The notes beneath the pieces are model-generated. The model worked only from the letters and a program-made list of their open reading frames with translations. It was not told the DNA's origin and ran no database searches. Shown here piece after piece: positions 26,053-35,432 of a DNA stretch of 55,946 nt. The first letter of the stretch is position 1, and each line of letters starts with the position of its first letter. This DNA comes from Rhodothermales bacterium (GTDB taxonomy: Bacteria; Bacteroidota; Rhodothermia; Rhodothermales; JAHQVL01). Position numbers and translations under genes: made by a program. Where the stretch lies: the NCBI GenBank assembly GCA_045106435.1, contig JBGCEN010000281.1:1-55946 (forward strand), written 5' to 3'.

Positions 26053-26163
26053 AAAATCTGTGCTGTTTAAAATCTCTGCTGTTTAAAATCTGTGTCGTTT
26101 AAAAATCTGCGCGGTACAAGATATAAGTTGTACAAAATCTGTGCTGTACAAAATATTCGACGT
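26053..26163. repeat. About 7 tandem copies of a degenerate 16-bp unit (AAAATCTGTGCTGTTT/AC)
   Basis: Units start at 26053, 26069, 26085, ~26102, 26118, 26134 and 26150; upstream of ptsH. Confidence 0.8.
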
Positions 26164-26274
26164 AAAAGATCAGGTAACTGGCAAGTCTCATCGCAGGTTA
26201 ATATAAGAATTGCACGATATCAAATTTATACGATGCACCCAGTTCAGGAATCATTGAATGTAGTTTAAATCAAC

Positions 26275-27273
26275 TCAGTGCATTCGATTTTGCATTTCGC
26301 CAATAAGCCAGCGAATTGCATTCCCGGCTTCAGAATCACCAAATACATGCATACAATCCTGGGCTATTTCAGTATGATGCAATACAGCTTTTCTGGCGTC
26401 TTCAAGTATACCATTTTCTTCCAACAACTGCTTTGCTACCGGAATTTTCTCTTCAGCAAGACCGTTGTGCGCAACAATTTTCTCAAAGAAAGACTTCGAC
26501 GGTCCCTCAACACGCTCGATGGCACGTAGCAACAAATAGGTTTTCTTCCCTTCAATCAAGTCTCCCCCAACTTTCTTGCCCCATTTTGCATTTTCGGCCG
26601 TTATATCCAACAAGTCATCCTGGATTTGAAACGCCCGGCCGACACTTTTGCCGAGCAGGCTCAACCGGTTTCTCTCTTCGTGTCCAACGCCACCAACGAT
26701 ACCGCCAATTTCAAAAACTGCTTCAAGTAGCGCAGCAGTTTTTCGGTCAATCATATAGATGTATTCGTCGACTGTAACATCTGAGCGCGTTTCAAAGGCT
26801 TTGTCGAGTGCTTGTCCCTCGCAAAGCAACCGTACCATGTGGTGGTACACTCTTAGCATTTCTGAAATATCGCCGGCGCCTGTACGCGATAGCAATTCGT
26901 AAGACAATCCCATCAAATAATCGCCAGACAATATAGCGGTACCGGGATCCCAATGTTCATGCACAGTGGGTTTGCCTCTACGGGTAGATGCATTGTCCAT
27001 TATGTCATCATGGACGAGGGTAAAATTATGAAACACTTCAACCGCAAGTGCAGCCGGCATCGCCTCTTCTACTTCAGCATTAAACGCATTTGCGGTCAAG
27101 AGAAGCAAAACGGGGCGGAGTCGCTTTCCTCCACCAGACAATACATATTTTGCCGGCTCATACAAGAGTGCCGGCTCAAGGTGTGGAATAATCTGACCAA
27201 GCGACGCTTCTACATCCGCGCGCAGTTCATCAATAAAGTCCCGTGCAGGCCGGGCATACTCAACAGGAATCAT
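26275..27273 (-). CDS. Polyprenyl diphosphate synthase (IspA/IspB/GGPP synthase family)
   Basis: GGKRLRP; first Asp-rich motif HDDIMD; second motif FQIQDDLLD; GDLIEGKKT. Confidence 0.93.
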   Translation of the reverse strand: MIPVEYARPARDFIDELRADVEASLGQIIPHLEPALLYEPAKYVLSGGGKRLRPVLLLLTANAFNAEVEEAMPAALAVEVFHNFTLVHDDIMDNASTRRGKPTVHEHWDPGTAILSGDYLMGLSYELLSRTGAGDISEMLRVYHHMVRLLCEGQALDKAFETRSDVTVDEYIYMIDRKTAALLEAVFEIGGIVGGVGHEERNRLSLLGKSVGRAFQIQDDLLDITAENAKWGKKVGGDLIEGKKTYLLLRAIERVEGPSKSFFEKIVAHNGLAEEKIPVAKQLLEENGILEDARKAVLHHTEIAQDCMHVFGDSEAGNAIRWLIGEMQNRMH

Positions 27274-27313
27274 CTATGGGGTAAAATTCTAATGGGACTG
27301 TAGCAGTCTGGGA

Positions 27314-27985
27314 CTATTGCGGCTCCTCTGTTTGTTGAACCGGCTCGACCACAGGCTGACCCGCCATCTTCTCAGCAATAATAGACTGTACCGTTTCCAA
27401 ACTCTGCGTACCATCTATCTTTAAGTAGTGCGGATGGCTCGTAAAAAAATCTTCTACGGGCTTCGTTTGTCGATGGTAGATGGAAAGGCGTTTTCTAATT
27501 GCCTCAGCTCTGTCATCTGGCCTTTGCATCAGGAGATCGGGATCCAGATCGGCCGGCGGAGGATTGTAATCCAGGTGGTAATTCTCCTTTGTAATTTTAT
27601 GTACACGCCGCTTGCTCAATCTACCTACAATGACCTCGTCAGGTACTTTTAAGCTCACTATCACGCTCAGGTCAATTTCGTTCTTTTCAAGAAACAGTTT
27701 CAGCCACTCAGCCTGCTCGACAGTTCGAGGGTAGCCATCTAAAATAAATCTATTGTAACCCGCTTGTGCAATTGCGTCTTCTGTCAGGTCCCGAATCATT
27801 TCATTAGGTACAAGCCTGCCTTGATCAATATAGCTTTTCGCTATACGACCCATCTCAGAATCTGAATCTATCACTTCACGCAGCATATTACCCGTAGAAA
27901 TATGCGTCAAGTGATATTTTTTAACTAGTAAACTGGCTTGTGTACCTTTTCCCGCTCCAGGAGGACCAAACACGAGCACACGCAT
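27314..27985 (-). CDS. adk: Adenylate kinase (start set to MRVLVFG)
   Basis: GPPGAGKGTQ, HISTGNMLR, ILDGYPRT, QRPDD. Confidence 0.95.
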   Translation of the reverse strand: MRVLVFGPPGAGKGTQASLLVKKYHLTHISTGNMLREVIDSDSEMGRIAKSYIDQGRLVPNEMIRDLTEDAIAQAGYNRFILDGYPRTVEQAEWLKLFLEKNEIDLSVIVSLKVPDEVIVGRLSKRRVHKITKENYHLDYNPPPADLDPDLLMQRPDDRAEAIRKRLSIYHRQTKPVEDFFTSHPHYLKIDGTQSLETVQSIIAEKMAGQPVVEPVQQTEEPQ

Positions 27986-28116
27986 TAAACTATACCGTAT
28001 CGTTAACATATATAAGAAACGCAAGGTGAGAACTGCTTACTTGTCAAGTGATTTACAAGAAGATGTTTCTTGTAAATCTTCAAGAAAACAGACCGGTTCA
28101 CTAATGCGCAGGATAT

Positions 28117-28626
28117 TCAGTTTTGGCTATCGTCTTTTTTTTCTATCTCTGAACCAGCCGCAGCAGCCTTTTCATCGAGAAAGTTTAAAAAAGACTTCTT
28201 GGCAAAGCCCATGGCCATTTCGAGGCCAATGCCAAAGAGCTTTCCAGTTAATCCGCTTGATTTACTTTTCTGCTCTGCAAAAGCAGCGGGCGGAGCTGAT
28301 TCTCGCAGGGCTTCACGCAGCAAAGCACCTACTTCCCTTTCAGAAGCACCCGTTTCGCGTGCTACTTCTGTGAGCCGCTCAATATAAGTATCAACTAATT
28401 CTTTTTGGCGCGTCTTCGCACTTTTTTTACCTGCGATCAAACCCACCGCAATTCCAGCTACAATGGAGCCGGCTAAACCCACCCATGGATTCTTTTTAAG
28501 ATAATTCTTCACATCGGAGCCCGTGGAGGTCATTTCCCCCTGAAGTGCTTCAATGCGCTTGCTTATCTCTTCTTCTTTCTGCTTAAGTCGGGAAGCAACA
28601 GCATCCCTACTGCTGATCTTTTCCAT
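28117..28626 (-). CDS. Hypothetical membrane-anchored protein (ElaB/YqjD-like coiled coil plus TM)
   Basis: Coiled-coil N-terminus, KNPWVGLAGSIVAGIAVG TM motif; adjacent to a holin-like gene. Confidence 0.55.
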   Translation of the reverse strand: MEKISSRDAVASRLKQKEEEISKRIEALQGEMTSTGSDVKNYLKKNPWVGLAGSIVAGIAVGLIAGKKSAKTRQKELVDTYIERLTEVARETGASEREVGALLREALRESAPPAAFAEQKSKSSGLTGKLFGIGLEMAMGFAKKSFLNFLDEKAAAAGSEIEKKDDSQN

Positions 28627-28663
28627 GTTTTTCAGGGGTAAGCTCCGGCTTTAAATACGGAGT

Positions 28664-29149
28664 CTAGTTTTTCGTGGTTAACTCTTTCGGGACAGGCTGA
28701 GAAGCTTCATTTTCGGATAGTTTTCGTTGCTCTTCTTCTACACTATACGAATATGACTTTACTTTTCCTTTTTTGGCATTTGCACGATCCCCCCACCACT
28801 TGACAATTAAAGCGATAATGACAAGCAATCCCGTAACGGAAAGGAATCCCCAGCCAGGATGACCAAGCCAAGCACCAAGCCCGAACGATAATGCAGTCAA
28901 TCCAAACAACACTGCCAACAGAAGAACAGCAAAAAAACCTGCCTGATATGCGAACTGCAGACCAGTGGATTTAATTTCTTCTTTAAAATCTAACAGCACA
29001 AACTCCATCTTCAGCTCAAACCAAGACTTTAAGTCTTCAACCAGTCCGGTTGTATGGCCTGCGATGCGATCTATTTTAGCAGCCTCTTCTTTTACAGAAT
29101 TATCGGCTGCCTGTTGCTTTGCTTTTTGCTTCTCTTTAATACGCATCAA
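28664..29149 (-). CDS. Phage-holin-like membrane protein (YqjE/Phage_holin_3_6-like)
   Basis: Helical N-terminus ELKMEFVLLDFKEEI, two TM helices, basic C-tail. Confidence 0.7.
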   Translation of the reverse strand: MMRIKEKQKAKQQAADNSVKEEAAKIDRIAGHTTGLVEDLKSWFELKMEFVLLDFKEEIKSTGLQFAYQAGFFAVLLLAVLFGLTALSFGLGAWLGHPGWGFLSVTGLLVIIALIVKWWGDRANAKKGKVKSYSYSVEEEQRKLSENEASQPVPKELTTKN

Positions 29150-29184
29150 ACTGTACCGGTTAACACTTTACTACAAAAACAGTA

Positions 29185-30252
29185 TTAAAGCGCTTGTAGA
29201 AAGGCTATTGTATCAATTCCATCAGCGCACCAGTTCAACGATGGGCGTTGTGCATCACCTAAAGGTAATACATCAGGGATATCCAATTCAGTGATGTTCT
29301 TAAAACGATTTAACGTATGCTTATTGGCTAAGACCAGCTGAATTTCATCCTTGTGGTTCTCAATCCAACTAATAAGTTCTTTCTCGGTTCGATACTCGGC
29401 CCAACGAACGTGCCCTGGCTCCTGTTGTTCTGGTGCTCCTTTGCTTACGAGAAATTCCATGCCTTCTCCATATGCGTGCGGCGTGTCAACTGCTGCAAGA
29501 AATGCCTGCTTCATTTTCAATGACCCCGGCGTGCGTGTATGTACCGGGAATACGCTCCGAAAAACGGCAAAAGCATCCAAATATGGATCTGGTGATACAT
29601 TTTCGGGTGCCCATATAATTGAGACGTTTCTACATCCCATCCCTTCGTGTAGCAAAACATCTTCCGCCAGGTTTTCCAGATCTGCAGCGCCCTCATTCCC
29701 CGTTAACAGCGCTATACTTAATCGATGGCCTCGCAACAGGCATTGTTTTTCAGATAAGTCATTTTCTATGCATTTTTCTCGAACGGCTGCAATCGTTTCA
29801 TCACCTCCACTGGCAATCACGGCGTCTACTTGATCGAAAAGAGGATCGTATTCAACAAAATCCATATCCAGATCTGGATAAAGATCCACGACATCCAATG
29901 CAAAAGCCGGCAAGAAAAAGGGCGATTTCGAAGAAAGCACGCCGCGGTATCCAGCGCCGGTTAAAACCACGGCGAGCCAGTCTTGCAGCCCAACAAGGGG
30001 TATATTGCCGGCGTTTAGGACGCCAATTAGTTGTGAATCGCTCACACGCCTTCCATTTACCCACTCAAGCAGTGCCCCCTCATTCAGCAAAGACATCTGC
30101 TGGTTGATGGCAAAGGACATGGCTTCTTCTGTAAAGCGATTGCCTAGAACAAGCGTATCCTCAACAACAGAGCGTCGTTGAGGATACGTTGGTTCAATCC
30201 ATTTACTTGCAACTTCCGCGATGGCATGCGAAAGTGCCTGCTGATCAATCAC
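29185..30252 (-). CDS. Acyl-CoA reductase (LuxC-like)
   Basis: AGNIPLVG; VIASGGDET; catalytic Cys in GMGCRNVS; C-terminal GDAQRPSLNW.ADG.DT..FL. Confidence 0.85.
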   Translation of the reverse strand: MIDQQALSHAIAEVASKWIEPTYPQRRSVVEDTLVLGNRFTEEAMSFAINQQMSLLNEGALLEWVNGRRVSDSQLIGVLNAGNIPLVGLQDWLAVVLTGAGYRGVLSSKSPFFLPAFALDVVDLYPDLDMDFVEYDPLFDQVDAVIASGGDETIAAVREKCIENDLSEKQCLLRGHRLSIALLTGNEGAADLENLAEDVLLHEGMGCRNVSIIWAPENVSPDPYLDAFAVFRSVFPVHTRTPGSLKMKQAFLAAVDTPHAYGEGMEFLVSKGAPEQQEPGHVRWAEYRTEKELISWIENHKDEIQLVLANKHTLNRFKNITELDIPDVLPLGDAQRPSLNWCADGIDTIAFLQAL

Positions 30253-30775
30253 CTTCAGGAATACCGAGATTTTCCTCTTTATTCAGCTCTTCAACCGTCC
30301 ATGTCTCTTTGCGGTCAGCCACTTTTGCTCTCACGCGAGCCACTTCCTGTTCAGTAACGGCATCAGCTTCGTTGCCAAAACTGCTGCGAACGTAGGTTAA
30401 AACTTCGGCAACCTGCTGGTCGTTTAGAAATCCACCCCACGGCGGCATCATCCCGTTATACGTAACACCATTTACGGTGATTTCACCACTTAACCCGTTA
30501 AGTATCATCCGAATGACGCGCCCTTTATCCCCAGCAACGTACTCGCTGGAAGCCAAAGGGGGGAAGACACCCGGTACGCCTTGTCCTTCAGCCATATGGC
30601 AAGAAAGACAACGTGTCATGTAAATCTCCTCACCATCCAATACAAGATCTGCTTCCGCAACAGCAGCACCACTTTCTGGATGAACAGGTTGTTTTGTTTC
30701 AAATACAAACGCTGTGCTTACAAAGCTAAGCAGCAATAAGACAACGAGTATTGGTAAGTACTTCGATATTTTCAT
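30245..30775 (-). CDS. Monoheme cytochrome c
   Basis: CLSCH; GQGVPGVFPPLA; YNGMMPPW; YVRSSFGN. Confidence 0.9.
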   Translation of the reverse strand: MKISKYLPILVVLLLLSFVSTAFVFETKQPVHPESGAAVAEADLVLDGEEIYMTRCLSCHMAEGQGVPGVFPPLASSEYVAGDKGRVIRMILNGLSGEITVNGVTYNGMMPPWGGFLNDQQVAEVLTYVRSSFGNEADAVTEQEVARVRAKVADRKETWTVEELNKEENLGIPEGD

Positions 30776-30856
30776 CTTTTAAAATCTAGGTTAAGGGCAC
30801 CGGCATTGAGAATGCATCTACGCAGTACTGCGTTCCCGAGCACAGTTGATTATCGC

Positions 30857-33800
30857 TTATTTCTTGTTAGAAACCCATTTGTACCGGGTCACTTTTGAGC
30901 CAGGCGCGGCATACCAGAATCCAGTAAACTCAGCAACATAGATAGCACCGTCTGGACCGAGCTCCATAGAAATAGGCCGAGTGCCTCTTAGAATGTCGAA
31001 GGTCTTCACATCTACCATACGCTGGGTCATCATCTTGTAGCTTTCACCGTTGGCTTTCTCCAGAACAACTTCCTCTTCAACCAGCTTGCCATATTTGATC
31101 CAACTTCTCGCCCAATCATACATAAAAATCCGATCCTGGAAGATTGGCGGGAATGCGCCTTCTCCTTCATGCCGATAAATTGGACCACCAGAAGCAGAGC
31201 GTCCGCCCGTTTCATAGGTATATTCCCATGCTGGAGGTGCATAATCAGGAATCATGTCCGGTGTCCACTCATTGTAAACGAGCCGGCCAATCTCTCTCGG
31301 CCATCCAAAATTCTCCCCACCCTTGACTGACACATTGTACTCATCATAGTCAAACTGTGCATCAGGGCCTACAACGCCGATGTAAAGCTGTCCATTTTCC
31401 TGGTCAACTTTGAAACGATACGGATTACGCAATCCATAGGCATAAACCTCCCAACGAGCACCTGGCTCACCATAAAAAGGATTGTCTTTGGGAATGCTTC
31501 CATCTTTATTGATCCGCAAGATCTTGCCACGCAAGTCTTGCAAATTCTGGGCTGTACGTTCAGAATCCACCAGACGAGACCACTGGAATTCCTCCAGATT
31601 ATGCGTAGCCTTAAATGTTTCTAGTTCTTCTTCTGTCAACTCCCAATCAGGACGCGTCTCAGACATGCCGGTATCTCCTGTAGAAAGATACAAGGTGCCG
31701 TCTGGGCCCCAATCGATGTCACCTGCCTGATGACAGCACTGAGGCTCTGTAGGCACCCGCAGAATCACTTCTTCGGAAGCCAGGTCTATGGCCCCGTTTT
31801 CATATTTGTAACGCGAAAGGGTGTTGATGATGGACTCTCTTTCAGCGTAGAACATGTATACGTAAGGCTCCCCACTGTAGAAATTCGGATCTACCTCGAT
31901 TCCGTACAATCCATGCTCGATATTTTTAGGGTCTGTCGTTGGTAGTTCTGCTACCAGTTTGGTTTCTCCGGATGCAGCATCATAACGATGTACTTTACCT
32001 GTCAGCTCTGCAATCCAGACATTGCCTTCATCATCAACAGCGATGTCATCTGGCCAGACATTGTCAGCGATGGTTTCTTTTACAAGATGACCAGAGAAGT
32101 CTGACTCAATCCTGCCGGCTGCCATGCGCATGCCCTGAAGTAAGTGCTGCAGGAAATCAGGCGTTGTCCATACATCGGGGAAATGCCCGAGTTTTGTATA
32201 GAATACCTTCCCGCCGTTATGCTCGCGCAACCAAGAAATCGGGAAGTCGTTACGATAATTCCCACGAGAATCCCCATCTGGCTTTACGCTATCCATATCA
32301 AGCGACAGAAGCACTTTAGAATTCCAGCGCGGGTTTTCGTCCAGCACGTAGATTTCATCACGAATAGAGAATGAATCTCCAAAATGCGCAACAGCCGGAT
32401 TATCTTTCTCTTCTACTACAACGCGAACACTTTGCGTCCATGGATGGGATTCAAACAAGCCGCCGCCGACCATTTCTTTGTACCCGTCCCAATCGTAAAA
32501 TGCATCAAGCGCCGAATGCGCGCCGATAACACCTTTACCCTGCGCAAGGAAATCCATCACTGCATCTTGCTGCATCTGGCTCACTAGCTCTTTACCTTCT
32601 TCCAACACCATATCGCCGTTGCTTCCCTTAAAGGGCACCTCCATGCTGCCGCCAACAGTAAACAGACCAGTGATGGCATTGCCGGCTACATCTGCTTTTC
32701 CATCAACCCTGCCAAAGTCAGGCGTCTCAAAGTAAAAAGTGAGTGTAGAACCCTCTTTTTTGAGATCCATCAGTTCAGCTGGATTCTGATTCGGATCAGA
32801 TGCGATGTTTCCAGACAACCCGTCTTCATCCGACAGATTAAGCATCAGGTTCATCGTACCATCTGGCGCAGCCGCTTCAACGGCCCACGCCCCCGCAATG
32901 CTACCGCCCGACTGCATAACCTTTGTGCCAAGAATCGGAATTTCTCCACCCTGTACACTAATGGTGCCGGCCAGGTCGGCGCCATCCATTGTCGTTTTTG
33001 CTACAATTTTGCCAAATTCTCCACCGTCCCAGCTAAAAGACAGTTTGTCGCCATCTACGCTGATATCCGCGAGGGGCAATACGCCCGGAAATTGAGCAAA
33101 TTCTACTTTCCCCTCATACCCATCATCCGTGGTAGAGATACCTGCTGTACCGGTAACCTCTCCTTGCGGCGAAGATACAACCAAATTCCACACACCAAAA
33201 TCTCCTGTAATACTGCCATTTGAGGCAGCAATTTCTTTTGCTTCAGATTTTAAACGAAGCGTAGCGTTTGAAAAGAACAAGAGGTCGTATTTGCTCAGGT
33301 TTTCTTTGGTGAGCACGGATACATCTTCAGTAACATCGAAATTAAACTCCGTTGTTGTCTCCAGCTCTTCCATGACAGTTTTTGCCATATCAATGGCCGG
33401 CCCGTGGCGAAAACCATGCGTCGTTGAGATCATCAATACATTGATTGGATCACGCACTTCGCTTACAGCGAAATGCTCAGCCAAACTCGCAGGCGAGCTG
33501 GTGTCACCCAAAGATTTAACCCGAATATTCCGGAATGACACCTTTGAATCATCATCGTGATTTTGAAGGCCAATCATTCCTTCCAGAGAACGATCTCCAT
33601 AAAAATCATTGACCTGCTCACCGTTTAAATAAATTTTGTACCGCTGGCCTTTGACTTCAATCTTATAATGATTCCATTCACCTAACGGCTTAGACGCAGC
33701 ATGAAATGGAGCAGAGAAGTCATAGATCGAGCCTGTCTGCTTAATGGGATCCTGGCTGTCGTCAATCTGGATTTCATAGCCTGTATTTACAGCAAACCAA

Positions 33801-34150
33801 GGATCGGGTGCATCTGGAAATCTGACAAAAACGCCAGAATTTGCTTTCGCAGAGGTAGATTTCCATTCCAGCTCCAGCTCAAAGTCTTTCAGCATTAAGT
33901 CCTTGTAGTAGAACAGCCCCATGCCTCCTTGCGAAGTAATTGTACCGTCTTCTCCAAGTGTGAATGCACCAGGTCCGGTCATTTCCCAGCCTTCCGTACT
34001 GGTCCCATCAAACAACTGAATCCATGTATCAGATGCTGCCTGGGGTTCGCTGGCCATTTTAGACCCAGAAGAACATCCGATTCCGGTGACTAAAAGCCCC
34101 GCAACTAAAAGCGAGGCGAATAACGAGTGTTTATTTAAGGCTTTACGCAT
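30857..34150 (-). CDS. Lipoprotein fusion: DUF1080, ThuA-like domain (split by a two-repeat insertion) and GSDH/PQQ-type sugar dehydrogenase propeller
   Basis: Lipobox GIG-C26; DUF1080 NSGVFVR, GLQNH, FRNIRVK; ThuA GFRH, GAHSA, DEIY, YTKLGH; GSDH GDIDWGPDG.LY, RGKILRI, AYGLRNP. Confidence 0.85.
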   Translation of the reverse strand: MRKALNKHSLFASLLVAGLLVTGIGCSSGSKMASEPQAASDTWIQLFDGTSTEGWEMTGPGAFTLGEDGTITSQGGMGLFYYKDLMLKDFELELEWKSTSAKANSGVFVRFPDAPDPWFAVNTGYEIQIDDSQDPIKQTGSIYDFSAPFHAASKPLGEWNHYKIEVKGQRYKIYLNGEQVNDFYGDRSLEGMIGLQNHDDDSKVSFRNIRVKSLGDTSSPASLAEHFAVSEVRDPINVLMISTTHGFRHGPAIDMAKTVMEELETTTEFNFDVTEDVSVLTKENLSKYDLLFFSNATLRLKSEAKEIAASNGSITGDFGVWNLVVSSPQGEVTGTAGISTTDDGYEGKVEFAQFPGVLPLADISVDGDKLSFSWDGGEFGKIVAKTTMDGADLAGTISVQGGEIPILGTKVMQSGGSIAGAWAVEAAAPDGTMNLMLNLSDEDGLSGNIASDPNQNPAELMDLKKEGSTLTFYFETPDFGRVDGKADVAGNAITGLFTVGGSMEVPFKGSNGDMVLEEGKELVSQMQQDAVMDFLAQGKGVIGAHSALDAFYDWDGYKEMVGGGLFESHPWTQSVRVVVEEKDNPAVAHFGDSFSIRDEIYVLDENPRWNSKVLLSLDMDSVKPDGDSRGNYRNDFPISWLREHNGGKVFYTKLGHFPDVWTTPDFLQHLLQGMRMAAGRIESDFSGHLVKETIADNVWPDDIAVDDEGNVWIAELTGKVHRYDAASGETKLVAELPTTDPKNIEHGLYGIEVDPNFYSGEPYVYMFYAERESIINTLSRYKYENGAIDLASEEVILRVPTEPQCCHQAGDIDWGPDGTLYLSTGDTGMSETRPDWELTEEELETFKATHNLEEFQWSRLVDSERTAQNLQDLRGKILRINKDGSIPKDNPFYGEPGARWEVYAYGLRNPYRFKVDQENGQLYIGVVGPDAQFDYDEYNVSVKGGENFGWPREIGRLVYNEWTPDMIPDYAPPAWEYTYETGGRSASGGPIYRHEGEGAFPPIFQDRIFMYDWARSWIKYGKLVEEEVVLEKANGESYKMMTQRMVDVKTFDILRGTRPISMELGPDGAIYVAEFTGFWYAAPGSKVTRYKWVSNKK

Positions 34151-34274
34151 GCTACTTAATTTATTCTATCTAATTCTATACAGCCATTCGATCAGTGTCT
34201 CTTTTCGACATCAGGTTGATCGTACAGCTTCGTAAGCAAATTGGTGGTTTACTGGTTGCTATAACACTCGAAGA

Positions 34275-35099
34275 TCACGTCCCTACAAATCCGCCGGCCT
34301 GTGCCTGCTCCAGTGCAGCATTCAGTCCGCCTTCCATTTTCTCTGCCTTTACCACGCCATCTTTATTGGCATCCAGCCCCTCCAGCACACGTTTTGCGAG
34401 ATCAGCCATGCCTCTTGCATGCTTCCGGGCTTCGTCTACGTCGCCGGCGTAATCTACTTTCATGATATTGATTGCTTGAGAATACACTTCCAGCAGCCAA
34501 CCTGTATCTGATGTAGACAACCAAAACTCTGAGGGAGAATCCCATTCGCGCGTCAAGTCAACGCGAGGTTGCAATTCTCCTTTGGTAACACCATTGTCCA
34601 TCTTCATCCATCCAATCACATTATTCAAAGATGCGATGGCTGCCTCTGCGTGTTTCTTTTGCATCATGCTGGCGCTGTCGCCATCCAGGATTTCCTGCAT
34701 CATCTTACGCGCAGCCCTGCCACGTCCCATCATGCCCAATGTTTTGATATCCGTGACTTCCGGTGGCACAACACCATATCGCTCAGCAAACGCTTCATCG
34801 AAAAACCCATTGTCCACTTGCCATCTGGTTTTCCAGCCATGTACGTGCACTGCACCTTTATCGTCCTCTTCTCCTAGCCCGGATCCGGATCCCCAGACCA
34901 TTTCGAATACTGAATTGGCATTTGATTTTACACCAGCAACATCGGCAGCGCCCGCTGCTTCCTCACTGACGGCTAATACTTTTTCTGCCAATTCGTGAAT
35001 TTCTGTTAAGTAAGCTGAAACCTCGGCTTGCGCGCGAGAATCCTGTGCGCCCATCAAGAGGAACGACACAATGAAACACAATGCAAGAGCAAAACGCAT
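34275..35099 (-). CDS. Exported hypothetical protein, helical (start set to MRFALAL)
   Basis: Long ORF with a clear signal peptide ending SRA-QA; no recognised motif. Confidence 0.65.
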   Translation of the reverse strand: MRFALALCFIVSFLLMGAQDSRAQAEVSAYLTEIHELAEKVLAVSEEAAGAADVAGVKSNANSVFEMVWGSGSGLGEEDDKGAVHVHGWKTRWQVDNGFFDEAFAERYGVVPPEVTDIKTLGMMGRGRAARKMMQEILDGDSASMMQKKHAEAAIASLNNVIGWMKMDNGVTKGELQPRVDLTREWDSPSEFWLSTSDTGWLLEVYSQAINIMKVDYAGDVDEARKHARGMADLAKRVLEGLDANKDGVVKAEKMEGGLNAALEQAQAGGFVGT

Positions 35100-35432
35100 A
35101 GTATGCTTTAGAATTTGGTTGTATTTAAGGGTAACGTGGTGGATGTAAAGCGGCCCAAATATAGCAGAAGACATAATAACCAAACAAGGTCAAAATAATT
35201 ATCTCCCTGCAGATTCCCGGAGCCGGCTAAGAGTATTCAAAACTTGCCAAGGTGGGATTTTGTAATGAATCCTGTGTACGAAACACATTAAGAACTAAAA
35301 ATATCGCTATATCTTCGCTAATAGCCTAACGTATGGAAGGCGTGCGGAGTTACGAAGAAAAGGACTGTGCTACTGGATCGCAAGTTTTGTCAAGTGCGTT
35401 AGTACGCTGAACGAAGAATTAGAAATTACTCC

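Noticed and set aside
28664-29149. Holin-like gene as evidence of a prophage
   Set aside because: This family commonly occurs with ElaB/YqjD-like partners in host chromosomes; no phage structural, integrase or lysin genes are nearby.
29185-30252. LuxC-like reductase as a bioluminescence operon
   Set aside because: No luxA/B/D/E in the window; stand-alone LuxC-like acyl-CoA reductases are common in FCB bacteria.
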